From NCBI GenBank assembly GCA_036172245.1, contig JAYWIR010000021.1, positions 1,860,001 through 1,924,000 of the forward strand: a stretch of DNA of 64,000 bases. Direction: 5' to 3'. This document shows, piece after piece, positions 38,301-50,300 of the stretch. The notes below the pieces were generated by a model. That model was not told where the DNA came from and made no database searches. It saw only the letters and a program-made list of their open reading frames with translations. The translations under genes and the position numbers were made by a program. This stretch comes from Raillietiella orientalis. Taxonomy: Eukaryota. Positions within the stretch are counted from its first letter, which is position 1. The number at the start of each line of letters is the position of its first letter.

Positions 38301-41300
38301 AATTTCGCGATCCTGCAGTGTCTGGGCAGTGTGGCGGGAGTTGACCGCCCCGTGAACTCAGCAACGGGGGCAAACAGCAGCGAATGCAGCGAACGGAAAC
38401 TGGGCGGGGCATCCCCAGTCATGCAAACTCCGCCCCTGTTCCTCCCCGCGAGGGAAGAGTCATCGTCGCGGACCAGCGCGCGGCTCCTGCCTCCCGACCA
38501 GGCGGAACCAGCCCCCACGAAGCGGGAGCCGTCACCTTTCTTATTTCGGCGCCGTCCTCCACGGTCTGGACTGTGGCAGGGAACCCGGAAGAGAAGTCCA
38601 CGGTGGCAACGCCTCCGGTCCTGCAAAGCAAACGAGCAAACGCAGTGTTTCTCCTCAGCTCTTGCGCACGCAAAGAAATGTCACCGCCATGCGACTCCAA
38701 CGTGACACCGCCTTTACAGAAGTCTCGAGCCGACAGAATGCCTGAATCCGTCGGGCCTGGTCGGCGTTCGAATGCCTCCTGTCGACGGGATCCGGGGCCT
38801 CGCGTCTCTTTGGAAACGGAGGAATGAACGGCCGCGAGGCGAGGCGTGGCGGAGGTGGCGAGAGCGACGAGTGGCTTCCGCCAAGAGTGTGGCGGCGGCC
38901 AGATCGGAACGCACAGCGAACGATGGGAGGAATCGGGAAGGACCCCAATGCTTTGCGGCGGCCTCTCGAAGAGCATTTCTTCGTCTCCAAAGGGACGCAA
39001 GAACGGATGCTTTTCCAAGAGCAGAGACTCCTCGAAATCACAGCTGGCAGCTCGTTCCGCTCATGCTGAATGCTCCTTCGAAGTCTTCCTCCTCGCGTCT
39101 TCCACAGCGAAGATGCAGCAGCGGTTTATCCATTTCTTGGAACCATGGATAGCGTAAAATGTACCAAGGTTGAGTCCTGAGCGCACCCAAATGTGCGGCA
39201 TCGTATATGATTTTTGGTCCTCCAAGTGCTGAAGAACCGTTCGCCCCCTAAGGGGGGATGGGGACTCACGAAGCCCTTTGACACTGCCCACGCCACCTGA
39301 GGAAGCGTGTGACTCTTCAATAGCTCGAGGGTACCTTGGAGGGACCCTCCACCCTGGCTGCTTTTGAAGACAACCCCTAAGGAGATCTGCTCATCCTTTT
39401 CCTGCCAGACAATAGCATAAACCAAGTCATCATTGGACTGTAGAATTTGCTTTTCGATTTTCTTCCTTCTTTTCAGTTGCTGAGATGTTTAGCATTCAGT
39501 TTTAACATTCAGAAGCTCACTTTAATCAAAAAAAGAAAAGAAAATCAGCTCTGACACGTTTCCCTGGCTACCATTTTTCGGATGTGGCTTGGCTGTTTTG
39601 CAAACTCTATGAGGATTTATCCTCCGGAAGCATCCCATTTTTGCTGACCTTTGCTCAGCCCTGATGTGAACCCACGCTCGCTTTTTCACCTCCGTTCTCT
39701 ATGAGCAAAACTATTGGACGCTGCAAGAACTTTAGCGCTCGACAGAAAACTAAGAAAGGCTCTAAAGCGGCGTTGATCCTCTTATACGGATGCTGCAATT
39801 CGGGATTTTCCCAATTTCTTTTCCATTCTACCCGATTCGCGCTTCATCCATCGGCGAAACTGAGAATCCGCCCCAATCTCAGATCTCAATTTAGACTCGT
39901 TGAGGATGCCTCTGCTGATTCACTCGGGAGCTTCTGCTTGGGGGAGCGCGTAAGAGTGGATTCAGAAGCACCTCTGAAAAGTATGGTCCTCGATTTGAAC
40001 GACCTCTTGTGATTGACGACGTCCTGTGATAACGTTGTGATCCCAAGATGAGATGTACTTCTCTTTGTGATTCTGTGTGTTGGATAATATGGTGTGACAA
40101 CTCAGTACGGATGCACTCTCACGTGTCTCTTTCTTGCTTCCATCTACTGCAGTTTTTAGCGCAACAGTTTCAGATGCGCATTCTTTTTACCTCCTCTCTC
40201 TATTTTTTTAGAAGCAGTCTCCACTTCCTGCTTCGATCTCGGTAAGATGACCATGAGGAAAACCACGGTCGAACTCGTGGTTGCCCCTTGATTTCCTTCC
40301 TTGAATAGCAAGCCAAGGATACCAACACGGCTTCAGAGTACAACCAGCTGCTCTGTCGCAAGAACGGAGTCTTCCAAAGCCAAAGTCGTCACACCTCCGA
40401 AATAAAACGGTCTGCCCACTTTATAGAATCTCCTTAGGGACTCATCCGCCGTTCTTTGGGAATCGGACTGCCTTGAGAAGCACCGAAATCGCATCTCTGC
40501 AGAGAGGGAAAGCGCGACGCGAGGCGGAAAACTCCGCATGGAACTCTTCCGTAACTGTGAATGAATGACGAATAGTGAAATTTGCGTCATGGACGTCATG
40601 TCAAAATAATAGAGAGTGTTCAGTCGGTGTTCGGAAGCTGAGGAGCGCATTCTTGAAAAGCTCACGTGGAAACCGCGAAGAAACACGGTGGACGGAAATT
40701 TGCTGCGTGGTTTTTCCAGTGGACTTTAAGGCCGCCTCAAAAGCGCGTAGCCACCGCGATTTACTTACGTGTTCAACGGAACGTTCTCATCTCTCTTCAA
40801 CGTTTCCATGTCTTTTTGGCCATCTGACTCTCCAGCCATGTCAAGCAGGTGTTTTTCCAGCTTCCTGAGATCGAAATTTCCATGTTCCTCGCTCGTGGAT
40901 TTGTCCTCCAACTGAAACCCTTTTCTCAGGTTGATGAGTACCATGGTTACGAGTTTCTTAAGAGGATTGCCTGAAAAAAAAAAAAAAAGAAGAGAGAGAA
41001 CAGAATGTTGCCACTTTGGCTGCTGGAAGCCAATGGCAGATTCGAGCTGCTTGGGAGGAATCAAGTGTTTTCCAGGAAATTGACGTGAAGTGATTTCCAC
41101 CCCGAGAAGAAGGCCTTCTTCCGTGATCTAGAGTCAAAAAAGGGATGGATCCACTGGAAGAGTTCTTTCCGGCAACTTTTTTCGTTCGGGCATTCACGAT
41201 GCTCTCAACTGTTCACCGATAAAAACACCCTATTCGACCCTGTTGAACCTTCCAAAAATATTACAAGCGCTGCTGCTAAGGGGTGCTCCTGCTAAATCGA

Positions 41301-44300
41301 CCTTTTCCAAATCCTTGTGTCTTTTTCTCTTTTGGGACGTGTTTTTGTGTGGGGTGTTCGCCGCTTCACTGTGTTTCTCACTTCCGATGATCTATGGGGA
41401 TGGAAACCCGCTACACAAAAAATGGTAGCTCAGACTATGGGTGCAATGATGATGACCTACTCGCTGAGGAAACGTCCTTTCTTGGTTTCTGTTCTTATTG
41501 ACCTACTGAGGTTCCCCCAAACCTTCCGCCATTGAATTGCATACCAAAATTCTACAAAGTTTCTTCAAGGAGTGAAACGTAGATTCTCTGGATTTGTGGG
41601 GCTTCAACTCGCCTCCCTCTCCAGTCTGGCTGGCATGGGATCTTTCCACTCGTCCAGGATATCCGCTTTCGGAAGTCTTCTTTACTTAGTTGGCTCCGTA
41701 AGCTGGAATAAAGACTTATGGGACCCTGTGTTAAAGCACTTCTGAGGGATTTTTCCTTTCTCATCTCTCTTCTTCGAAGAGAGCTCCAGATCATCGTGCG
41801 CTTCCTTCGCTTTCACGCCTTTGCTTCAGTATGGTTGGCTGCCATCGTCCTATAAAAAGGGGCGCAAGTATTTTGCAGTCGTCAGAATCCTCATCTCATT
41901 CCCTTCAAGAATGCCAAACTCGTGTGCGGCCCCTGGTTATCCGTTGGTCATCTTCGAAGAGGGAGCAGCAACGTGACCAAACACGGCATTTTTGCCTCCA
42001 GTCTTATGGAAGGTTCCAAGTCCCCACTCTCATCCACTTCGACACCCTAACGATCCTTTGACCAAGTTAGCTCTGCCCCATATGTTTCTATTTCAAAGTA
42101 TCTTGATAGAGAATTCCGCTTCAATTTGTTATGCGAGGATTAATCCTCATTCTCAGTCTCCTCTTCTGCTCGTCTCATAGGTGTGTGGAAGAATCCGAGC
42201 GCCGCTCATCAACTGTTTGTGCTGATTCTCCAGAACTCAGGACTCATCGCTGACCGCTCAGTAGTTGTAGGCGTTTGCTTTAAGAGAACAATCATTGTGA
42301 TCATTGCAATGAATCAGAGATTGCTGCTGCACGGTACATGCTTGACCAGAACGCAAGAAGGGTGACTTCCTCACTTTCATCATTTTCGCCAACTGTAGAT
42401 GTCCTTAGTAGACAGAAGTGGAAGCCTCAGTACCCTTTTACTGATTTTTCAACCTGACACATACCGTTGCTGGCAATGGCTTGTCCAAAGACGTGTCCGT
42501 GCAGAGGGTTCTTTCTACACATAAATAATTGGTTCCGTGGCGGCTTGAAAATGCATTGAGCTGGAAATTGGGAGCTCCATCTTCCATGTTGCCGATTCTT
42601 CTATCTAGAGTTCATCTCATATGAAGCTTGGAGTAGAAATAGTGTGGAGATTGGAAATATTTCTGGAAATTTCCCTTTGTTCGTAACGGTTTTCCATCCC
42701 CAGCTCTTTAGCTTTCTGTTCCAGACATCCTCCTTGATTTTGGGCGTTTAGCTATGTCACTTACGCATCCAACACGCGTACACTTGGGATCAGCAATAAT
42801 TCAGGGATGATTGGGGAATTTGGATTCACTTGACACGAAGAGTAGCAGAGTTGCCTTTAATTTGTGACGCGCCCAGTCATTGCAGAGATGAACAGATCGC
42901 CCCAGGGATCAAAGGTAAACCGAAGTGCTACTCTACGAATCCGAGTTCCCAGAAACCGATTGGGTTCCCAATTTCCCAGAGCCAAGCCGCGTGCGAACTC
43001 ATCTTGCACATGGGTGATCTCTCACGTGTAAAGCGGAGATCACTGCAGCACGCGTCTTTAATGCTACCTGATGGGAAATGGCACCGGGCGCTTCCGAAGA
43101 TGAAGCGCCGTCGAAGCGCGATCCACAGTGTCCGGGGGTGACGGGTGGGGTCGCAGCTCAGATGCAGTTCGGAAGAAGGAAGACACCAGACAACGGAATA
43201 GGCTCGTAATATCGTGGTTCGAAGTATACTGACCTACTTCCTCGATCTGTATCTTTAAAGGTATGACTTGGGACCGCTTTAACTTTGTGGCCACCTTGTT
43301 GTCTGAGGATATTTCTCCTAGGTAACGAGTTCAGATTCAGAGAGCTTCCGGAAACAAAAGCTGCGTTCATACCGGTATCGCTGTTCATGCTCAGAATCCT
43401 CATCTCATTCCCTTCGAGGATGGAAAACCTATATCTGGCTCCTGGCTCGCCGCCGGCCACCTTCGGAGAGAAAACACCAACGTGACCAAACGCAGCAAAC
43501 TTGCCTCCAATCTTATGGGAGACTCCAGCTTCCCCTTCTCATCCACCTGCACGCTGTAATAATCCTGCAACAGCCTGGGAGAAGCCTTGTTCCCAGCAGT
43601 GTACTGGAGGTGTATTTCTGCGGTGTTCGTTTGGTCTGCTTGCCTTGCGTCAGCTGCTTCAACAAGAATCAGGTGATCTGCAAAAGCAAGGAGGAACTCC
43701 TGTGAGCTTTCCCGGAAGAAAAAAAAGAAAAACCAGGAACGACCTTATTTCATCTCTCTTCCTGATTCGGTCCATGCGAATGATTCTCTTTCGTATCAAA
43801 GCAGTCCCAGGCTTTGCAAGTTCTCAAGGAACGCGCGGACGACCGATGGAAAGAACGCTCCCGACGTGTCCGGCTCCAGAGGATCATCGGTCTCGCGAGG
43901 CAACCAGAGCCGCTTCGAAATTCTTGAAAAGGAAGGATTGCCGATCATGGGGCGAGGGCTCCATGGGCTGCACGGCGGTGGTTCTCCCACCTTAAGCGCT
44001 ACCGCGGAGTCGATTCGGAATCAAAAACGTCCTCCGGATTCAGCGAACACGCGGACTGGAGGACCAAGAACGCCCGAGGTCCTCCTCCCCTCTTTTAGAC
44101 AGAACGACCGCGTGCCACATCGCGGAAGATCTGCTCGTTGCTTTCAGCAGTGCGCGTGCTCCATGGGCGCCCCTTAGTCGAGACGGATCCTCAGCAAAAG
44201 CACAGGAGAAGTCAGGATGATTCTCCAATCAGAAGCTGTCATTACCATTCAGTGTGCTGCGAAATGCAGACCTGGCGATTTTCCGTGGCTTCAGAGAGCT

Positions 44301-47300
44301 TTCAACGCAGAAGGGTTGTTTTTTTGTTCATCTTTTTGCGAAGATTCACGCTGCAGTCCGTCCGATAAGACTCCGAGCATTTCTGGTTCTTCCGAACGAG
44401 TAATCGAAACCACTCACTTTCCTGCTCCTCTTCCTCGGTTTTCATCCCCCCCTTCCCCTCTTTTTCCCTTCCATCGAAGGTACTCGATCTATTCCTCGAT
44501 CTATGGGCGGTTTCCTACTCGTAAGCACCTGCTTGTGACGAAGGCACGATCCATCATCCAGTAGTTTAGATATCCATCAATGTATTACGTTAATTCTATA
44601 AAGCGATAATTAATCCATAATCTAAAATTCATGTCTATATCGTCAGATCGAATTTATCCTTTTGATAGAGGAATGCCCTCCGCTATGTTATCTCCGAACA
44701 ACTCTTCTTTCCTCCCTGCGGATTTATCGAATCAGAACAAATTCCATCGCTAAACCCTTCGTTGCTCTGCGAGATCCACCCTCTCGTTGGTTTTTAAAGT
44801 CTCTTCTGCTCCCTCGTGGGCTTTTGGTTTGAACACCGCCAAACCTCGCGGGACAAAGTTCTTCCCCTCTGATGCCAATGGAAGCGACCGCCAACATGTC
44901 GCCTCGCACTGCCCTTTCCAAGGGGATCCCAAGTGCAAATCCGAGCATCGCTCTCATCTTTCCAGCAGCACGATTGCAGCCCGACGCTTCGGGGACGAAG
45001 CCGACGCCCAAGGGCCAAATGCGTCCTCCAAGGGACAGTTGGGTTCGCCTCCACCGCTGTGCGCTTCCCGACACGGGATGATGAAGCCGTCATCCCGCGC
45101 TGCCGCCTCTTTGCGGACCGTTCGTCCCCCAGCTGCTGCTCCCTTGCCATCGCCATCCAGAGGTGGTGATCGAGGTCGCCAGATAGAACGCTGAAGACAC
45201 GTGGAGAAAAGAGCGAGTTGGCGCTCGCAGAGGGCCGCATGCTTTGGTGAGCTCGGCAGAGCCAGCGTTCAGTAAGCACTTTTCCCAAATACACGGTGTT
45301 CTCCTTGGAGGTGTTCCAAGGCGAACACCTCGACGGAAATGAAGTGAGCAGCAATTTGGGGGAGGCTCGCGGAAGTGATCTGGTGCTCCTGAAAAGCGCC
45401 ATCTCTCCACGGCGGAATCCCATCCGATTCTCCGAGAACTGTCAATCCCGGCATCCAGTATTCTTCCCGCCCCAGAGATTTGGAGGCATCTAAAAAAGGG
45501 AAACACGTTGGATGAAAAGAGAACAGCATAGTGTTCAACCACGACGAGGATGCGCATGGAGATACACCCTGCTGGACGATGATCACCGTCTCCCTGGAGA
45601 CGCGAGCGACCTGATGTGATGAAGTGCGACCTGCGTTCACGACTCATTCTGGGGTGCTCCCGTTACCGTAGCGGGAAGAGGAAGAAGATCCGGGGTCCTC
45701 GCTGCCAGCGCATGGCACTCGCCGCCCCGCGAGAAGTCTTCTGGCTGCAAAGGAGCTACCTCGAGCTCGAGCCGTATTTTCGCGGCTGGCGCTGGAGGCT
45801 GACCGCGCCCTGCCAGAAGCGGTGGCTCTTTTCCTCCATGAATTTCGTGAGATCCGTGCTCGGCGCGCAGGCGGACCACCACGTGGGGACGGCCCCCGGG
45901 CTGAACGGGTTCACGATCAGCATCCTGGAGTAGCGCCCGGGCATCCTGAGCGTGGAGGACTACACGAGCTCTTCGCGGTCAGGCTCGGAGGCGACAGGAA
46001 TGCCTTCTTCAAGCAGACCTTCGCCGAATACTTCTTGGACGGCAGTGTGTAGATGCGCAAAGGCGTGACCACCCTCTGCTTCGCCCTGATGACTTCAACC
46101 GACCAGTTCGGGTGCTATGCGCTTTCGGTGGACTTGTGATCCACTGAGTGCAGTACACACATTGCCAGCTTTCGTGTTTCTGATGCATTTCTCCCCGGTG
46201 AGAAAGACCCGGTCCATGTGGTTGTGGCCAGATGGAACAGCAGTGAATCCTCCAATCGGAAAAAAAATGCCTACTCGCGTGGTGTCTGGCGACGCCTCAG
46301 GCGGGTATGGAGACATCCACGCCACAAAACTGCCATCCGTTTCCTGATGCACTGAGAGGTCACGTATACTGTTGGTGACTGGGCACCGCCTGGTGGGTCA
46401 CCAGCCCGCAGAAGACTGGGATCGGCAAACTCACGAAGGAATCGCGTCATCGAGGAACCACGAGACACTCAATTGCTGAACTACCTCCTGCCTTTAAAGT
46501 TGAATATACTGGCCACCAGATAGGTGGCGAGAACGAAGGAACTGAAGATGTTTGACTCCACTTTCCCCTTCCCCTCCCCCCTCTGGGGCTATACAGTTTT
46601 TTGTGCCCACGGCGGTCCCAGACGTGCGGTCAGAATCCATGCTGCCTTTTTAAACGGGATCAGCAGGTGAGGAGACGGTAGTCACACGGCCCGCGTTGGC
46701 GGTCGGTCTCCGCGCGTGGCACCGAGAGTCGCGGGTTCGAACCCCACCCGGGGAAGGAACGACATCGAGAAATGGATGCGTCGTGGGTTCGAGTTTCCTT
46801 CCCAAGATAACTCTGGTTGGCCTGTAGGCTTCGGATGCGACACTCGCGGAAGCCGGATGAACCCGTTGGCTGGCTGGAGCTGGAAGTTGACCCTCCGGGG
46901 TCCTTCCAGAAATCAAGGGGTTCTTCGGGTTCTCTTCAGAGGAAACAGGGAGCGGATCCTTTGCGGGTTCCTTTCGGGGAAGAAACGAGGAGTATTGCCT
47001 GTTTCTTTCTCCGGAGGGTCCCTCCGGAGAGAATGAGGAAGAGGGTTCCCTTCGGAGTTTTCTCCCAAGTGTAAGAGGAACGGATTCTTTCCTTCGGAAC
47101 CCTTTTTAGATTCATAGGGTGGTCCCTCCAGGGCTAACTTGGATAGTCACACGCACCCTCGGGTGGCATGGACAGTGCTAAAGAGCTTTGTGAGTCCACC
47201 CTAGGGGGGTTAGCGTTTCTTGAGTACTTAGAGAACCAACCCCCCCCTCAAAGAAAATCCTAAAGTAGCAGTTTGGACATGGATATTGCAGTCTGTGAGA

Positions 47301-50300
47301 TCAATACTGCTTGCCCATGAGAGCTTATCGGTTGCCTCGGAGCACGCGAGCAGCCTTGTGCCGCCTCGGCCATTCTTTCTCCTGAAGATCGGACGTGCGG
47401 TCCTTCCAGCATCTTCCCTTCGCGTCCTTCGACAGCGTCGCTCGCACCCACGTTTCGAGGATCCGTAGCGCTCGGCGGGAGCAGGGCACTTCGGGCTGAA
47501 TCCAAGTCGGAGAGCACCATGGGGAATGGGTGAAAGAGCAACCGTTCGGATGTTTCACCCGCGGGCACGTTGCGCACGCTGGATGAGACCGTAGGCTCGC
47601 TGCGCAGCTATCGTGGCTGCATGTCCAGCACGAATCCACAAGGCATCCGAGCTACTACCAATCGGCCCAGAGAAAATCACTCCTCCCGCGGGCCGCTCGA
47701 GTGATGCAGTCAACACGGCCAGGATGTCTTCGTGCTCTGATGAGAGGAATGGGATCGCTACAAGGAGGCGTACCTGGTTGCGCTCGTCTGCAATAATTTC
47801 CGGGGGGTGCCTCTGCGGAGAATAAGGAAGTTCTCTCCCCAGCGTAGAGGGAACGTGGGGGGCTTGCAGGTCGAACGGGGGTATTCTTCGAGCTTGTGTG
47901 ATGGCAGAGTTTTTGGACGAGCGTGATCCAAGCGAGTGCCTCACGACTTCCCTGGACCGACGCTGGGCGGAAGCGAGATGGCTGCTTGGAGTTCCGAGCA
48001 GCCGTCGTGGGACGCTTCAGTGGGTCGTACGGGGCGAGACGGAAGGACGGTTCCATCTTTCCGCTGGTCGCGACTCGCAGATCCATCTTCCCCGCTTGCT
48101 CGTTACCGCGGCGGAACGCATCCATGAACAGCGCTTGTCGCGGTTCCAAGAGGTGGCGCCTCGAGGGAGAGGGAAGACCAGAAGATTCGACGGCCGCGCT
48201 TCTCCTGGAGCTCCACGCTTCGCATCCCGGTGATCGATGCCGCGGGTCCACCCTGACTGGTGGAACGGAACGAAAGGCTTTTTCGCCTTGGGGTGCTTGG
48301 GAATGCGGAAAGCAATTCGTCTCCTTGGATTCTCTCTTGAGGTGTCTTTCGATCTCGACGTGGCGGTGAAAATCGAAAGCGCTGGAGAGGAAAGTCCGCT
48401 CGAATTTCGCGCCTTCGGCTTTTTCTATTGACGACGCTGAGGGAACGGTCACCGTCAGTCTGTAGGGACATATCGAGAGTCCCACTACTCGAAGATGCCG
48501 TCTGTGCGCGCGAAATCTGTGGCGAGTCTGGGCAAAGATTTTGGAGGGGGGGGGGGCGAGGAGGAAGGATTCCTGGAGGCAATGTCGATGGAAACGCTCA
48601 CTGGGAGTCGTCACGGCTCGGAAAGGACTCCGAAACGACTGCATTCAGATGAAGCTGCTGTGCGAGACGTGCCGCGCGGGTCAGCTTTCCTTTCCGCGAA
48701 CGGTCAGCGCCTCCTCTCCCTGTCTTCCGGAAAACAGGGATGGGCGGCGAAACCCCGAATCCCGAAGAGGCCGTTCCGAGAATTTCGGCTAGCTAAGACG
48801 GACGGAACTCTTCCGGAAGCACCGCCGAGCATCCGAGGAAGCACTGCCGATACGGCACGGGGACCATTTCCTTTTCCTCCACCCTTCCTTCCTCCCCTTC
48901 CCCCCGAAAATGCGAACCCAAGCAGAATTTATGCTTATTTATTATTGGCACGACTGCCTGCATGCGTGCGGGGGTGCGTGCGCGCGGAGAGTGCGTGCGA
49001 GCACAAGACAAGAGTGCGAGTGTGATTCATCAACCGTAATTACGGTCCTGTAGCTGGAAAATGCCCGCTTCCCATCATCATCATCGCAAATCGCATACCA
49101 TCTAAATTAAGTGCTGTGTGTTTCGATCGTTTTCTACAAAGGCGATCTCTCTGCTTCGTTTCCGCGAGTCCGATCGCGTCCTTTCTATTTCCCTCTATCT
49201 GAGGGCAGTGGCGTGTGAAAGCGAGCGGAAAATTCCTCGAAGCGTGCGACTGCAGTACCTTGGATCCTGCTGAAGCTCTGAAATCGACTGGGATCTTCCA
49301 GGTAGACGTGACCGGTGTTCGGTTCTATGCGCAGAACACCTGGAGAAGGAGTAATTAACCTGTACTTCAGATCCCCGAAGCTGTTTCTATTCTCAGCTTT
49401 CACCTGGGAAAAAGAAGGGGGTAGGAGGGGAAAAAATGCCGTTAAGCGCCGCGATTCTCGCTCTGCTCCGTCTCGTGACTCCCGCTGCATGCGGACTGTT
49501 CGCTTCCTTTCCAAAGTAATGAGGGGCCGCAAACAGAAGTTGCTTAAGAAGCGCAGCAACGAGATATTACCAAGGTGAAAGAAGGATTGTTCCACAACCT
49601 CCCTTGCAGCACTCCGGTGCTCAGCAATTACCATGTCGATCCGAGAGGGAGCAGCTCAGGGGGCGCAACGACACCTGGTGCCCTTTGCGCATGGCACCTC
49701 GGTCAGGTCAGATGACCCGCAAAGCAGGAACGAGCGAAAACCAGAAAGCTCCGTCTCCCATCCTCCATATTTTGATAGAGGGCATCTCGTACGTCCTGCA
49801 TCAGTGTCTAGGGGGATCACAGCTCCCCCCATCAGCGCCCTAATGGCCACAGACTCAACTAATGCACTATCCAGCTGCAAGAGATCTAGCCTGCCAATGG
49901 CGTGGGGCTCCGTTTCGTCTCTTCAACACCCCGAATTCAGGTGAAAACCTCGGATTCACGGATGCTAGGGATCACGCTTCCCGTCTCCAGGTTGGCGTGT
50001 TTCCGAGAACCAGCCGCTGGGTTGAACGAGCCATCAGCCATCAGCCAGCCATCAGCTCCCTGTTCTTCCTCGGCTGCACACATCCCTTCACATCACCTCA
50101 AGAACCGTCGCGCGCTTGGCGGCAGCTCACGCAGCTTTTCAACGCTGTTCCACTCCACCCGAGGGTGCTCGTCATTCTTCAAGATGAGGGGTACCCCGGG
50201 AAGGAGACCACTCCATGAAGGACTCCGGAGAAGGGAGTCCGTCCCTCTCACTCCTGGGGAGGGATCCGCGAACGGAACCCTCCGCCCTGGTTGCCTGCGA

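Noticed and set aside
46015..46086. Candidate cadherin exon AKQRVVTPLRIYTLPSKKYSAK
   Set aside because: Out of order relative to the colinear exons at 43677-43234, and it overlaps a better + strand coding signal.
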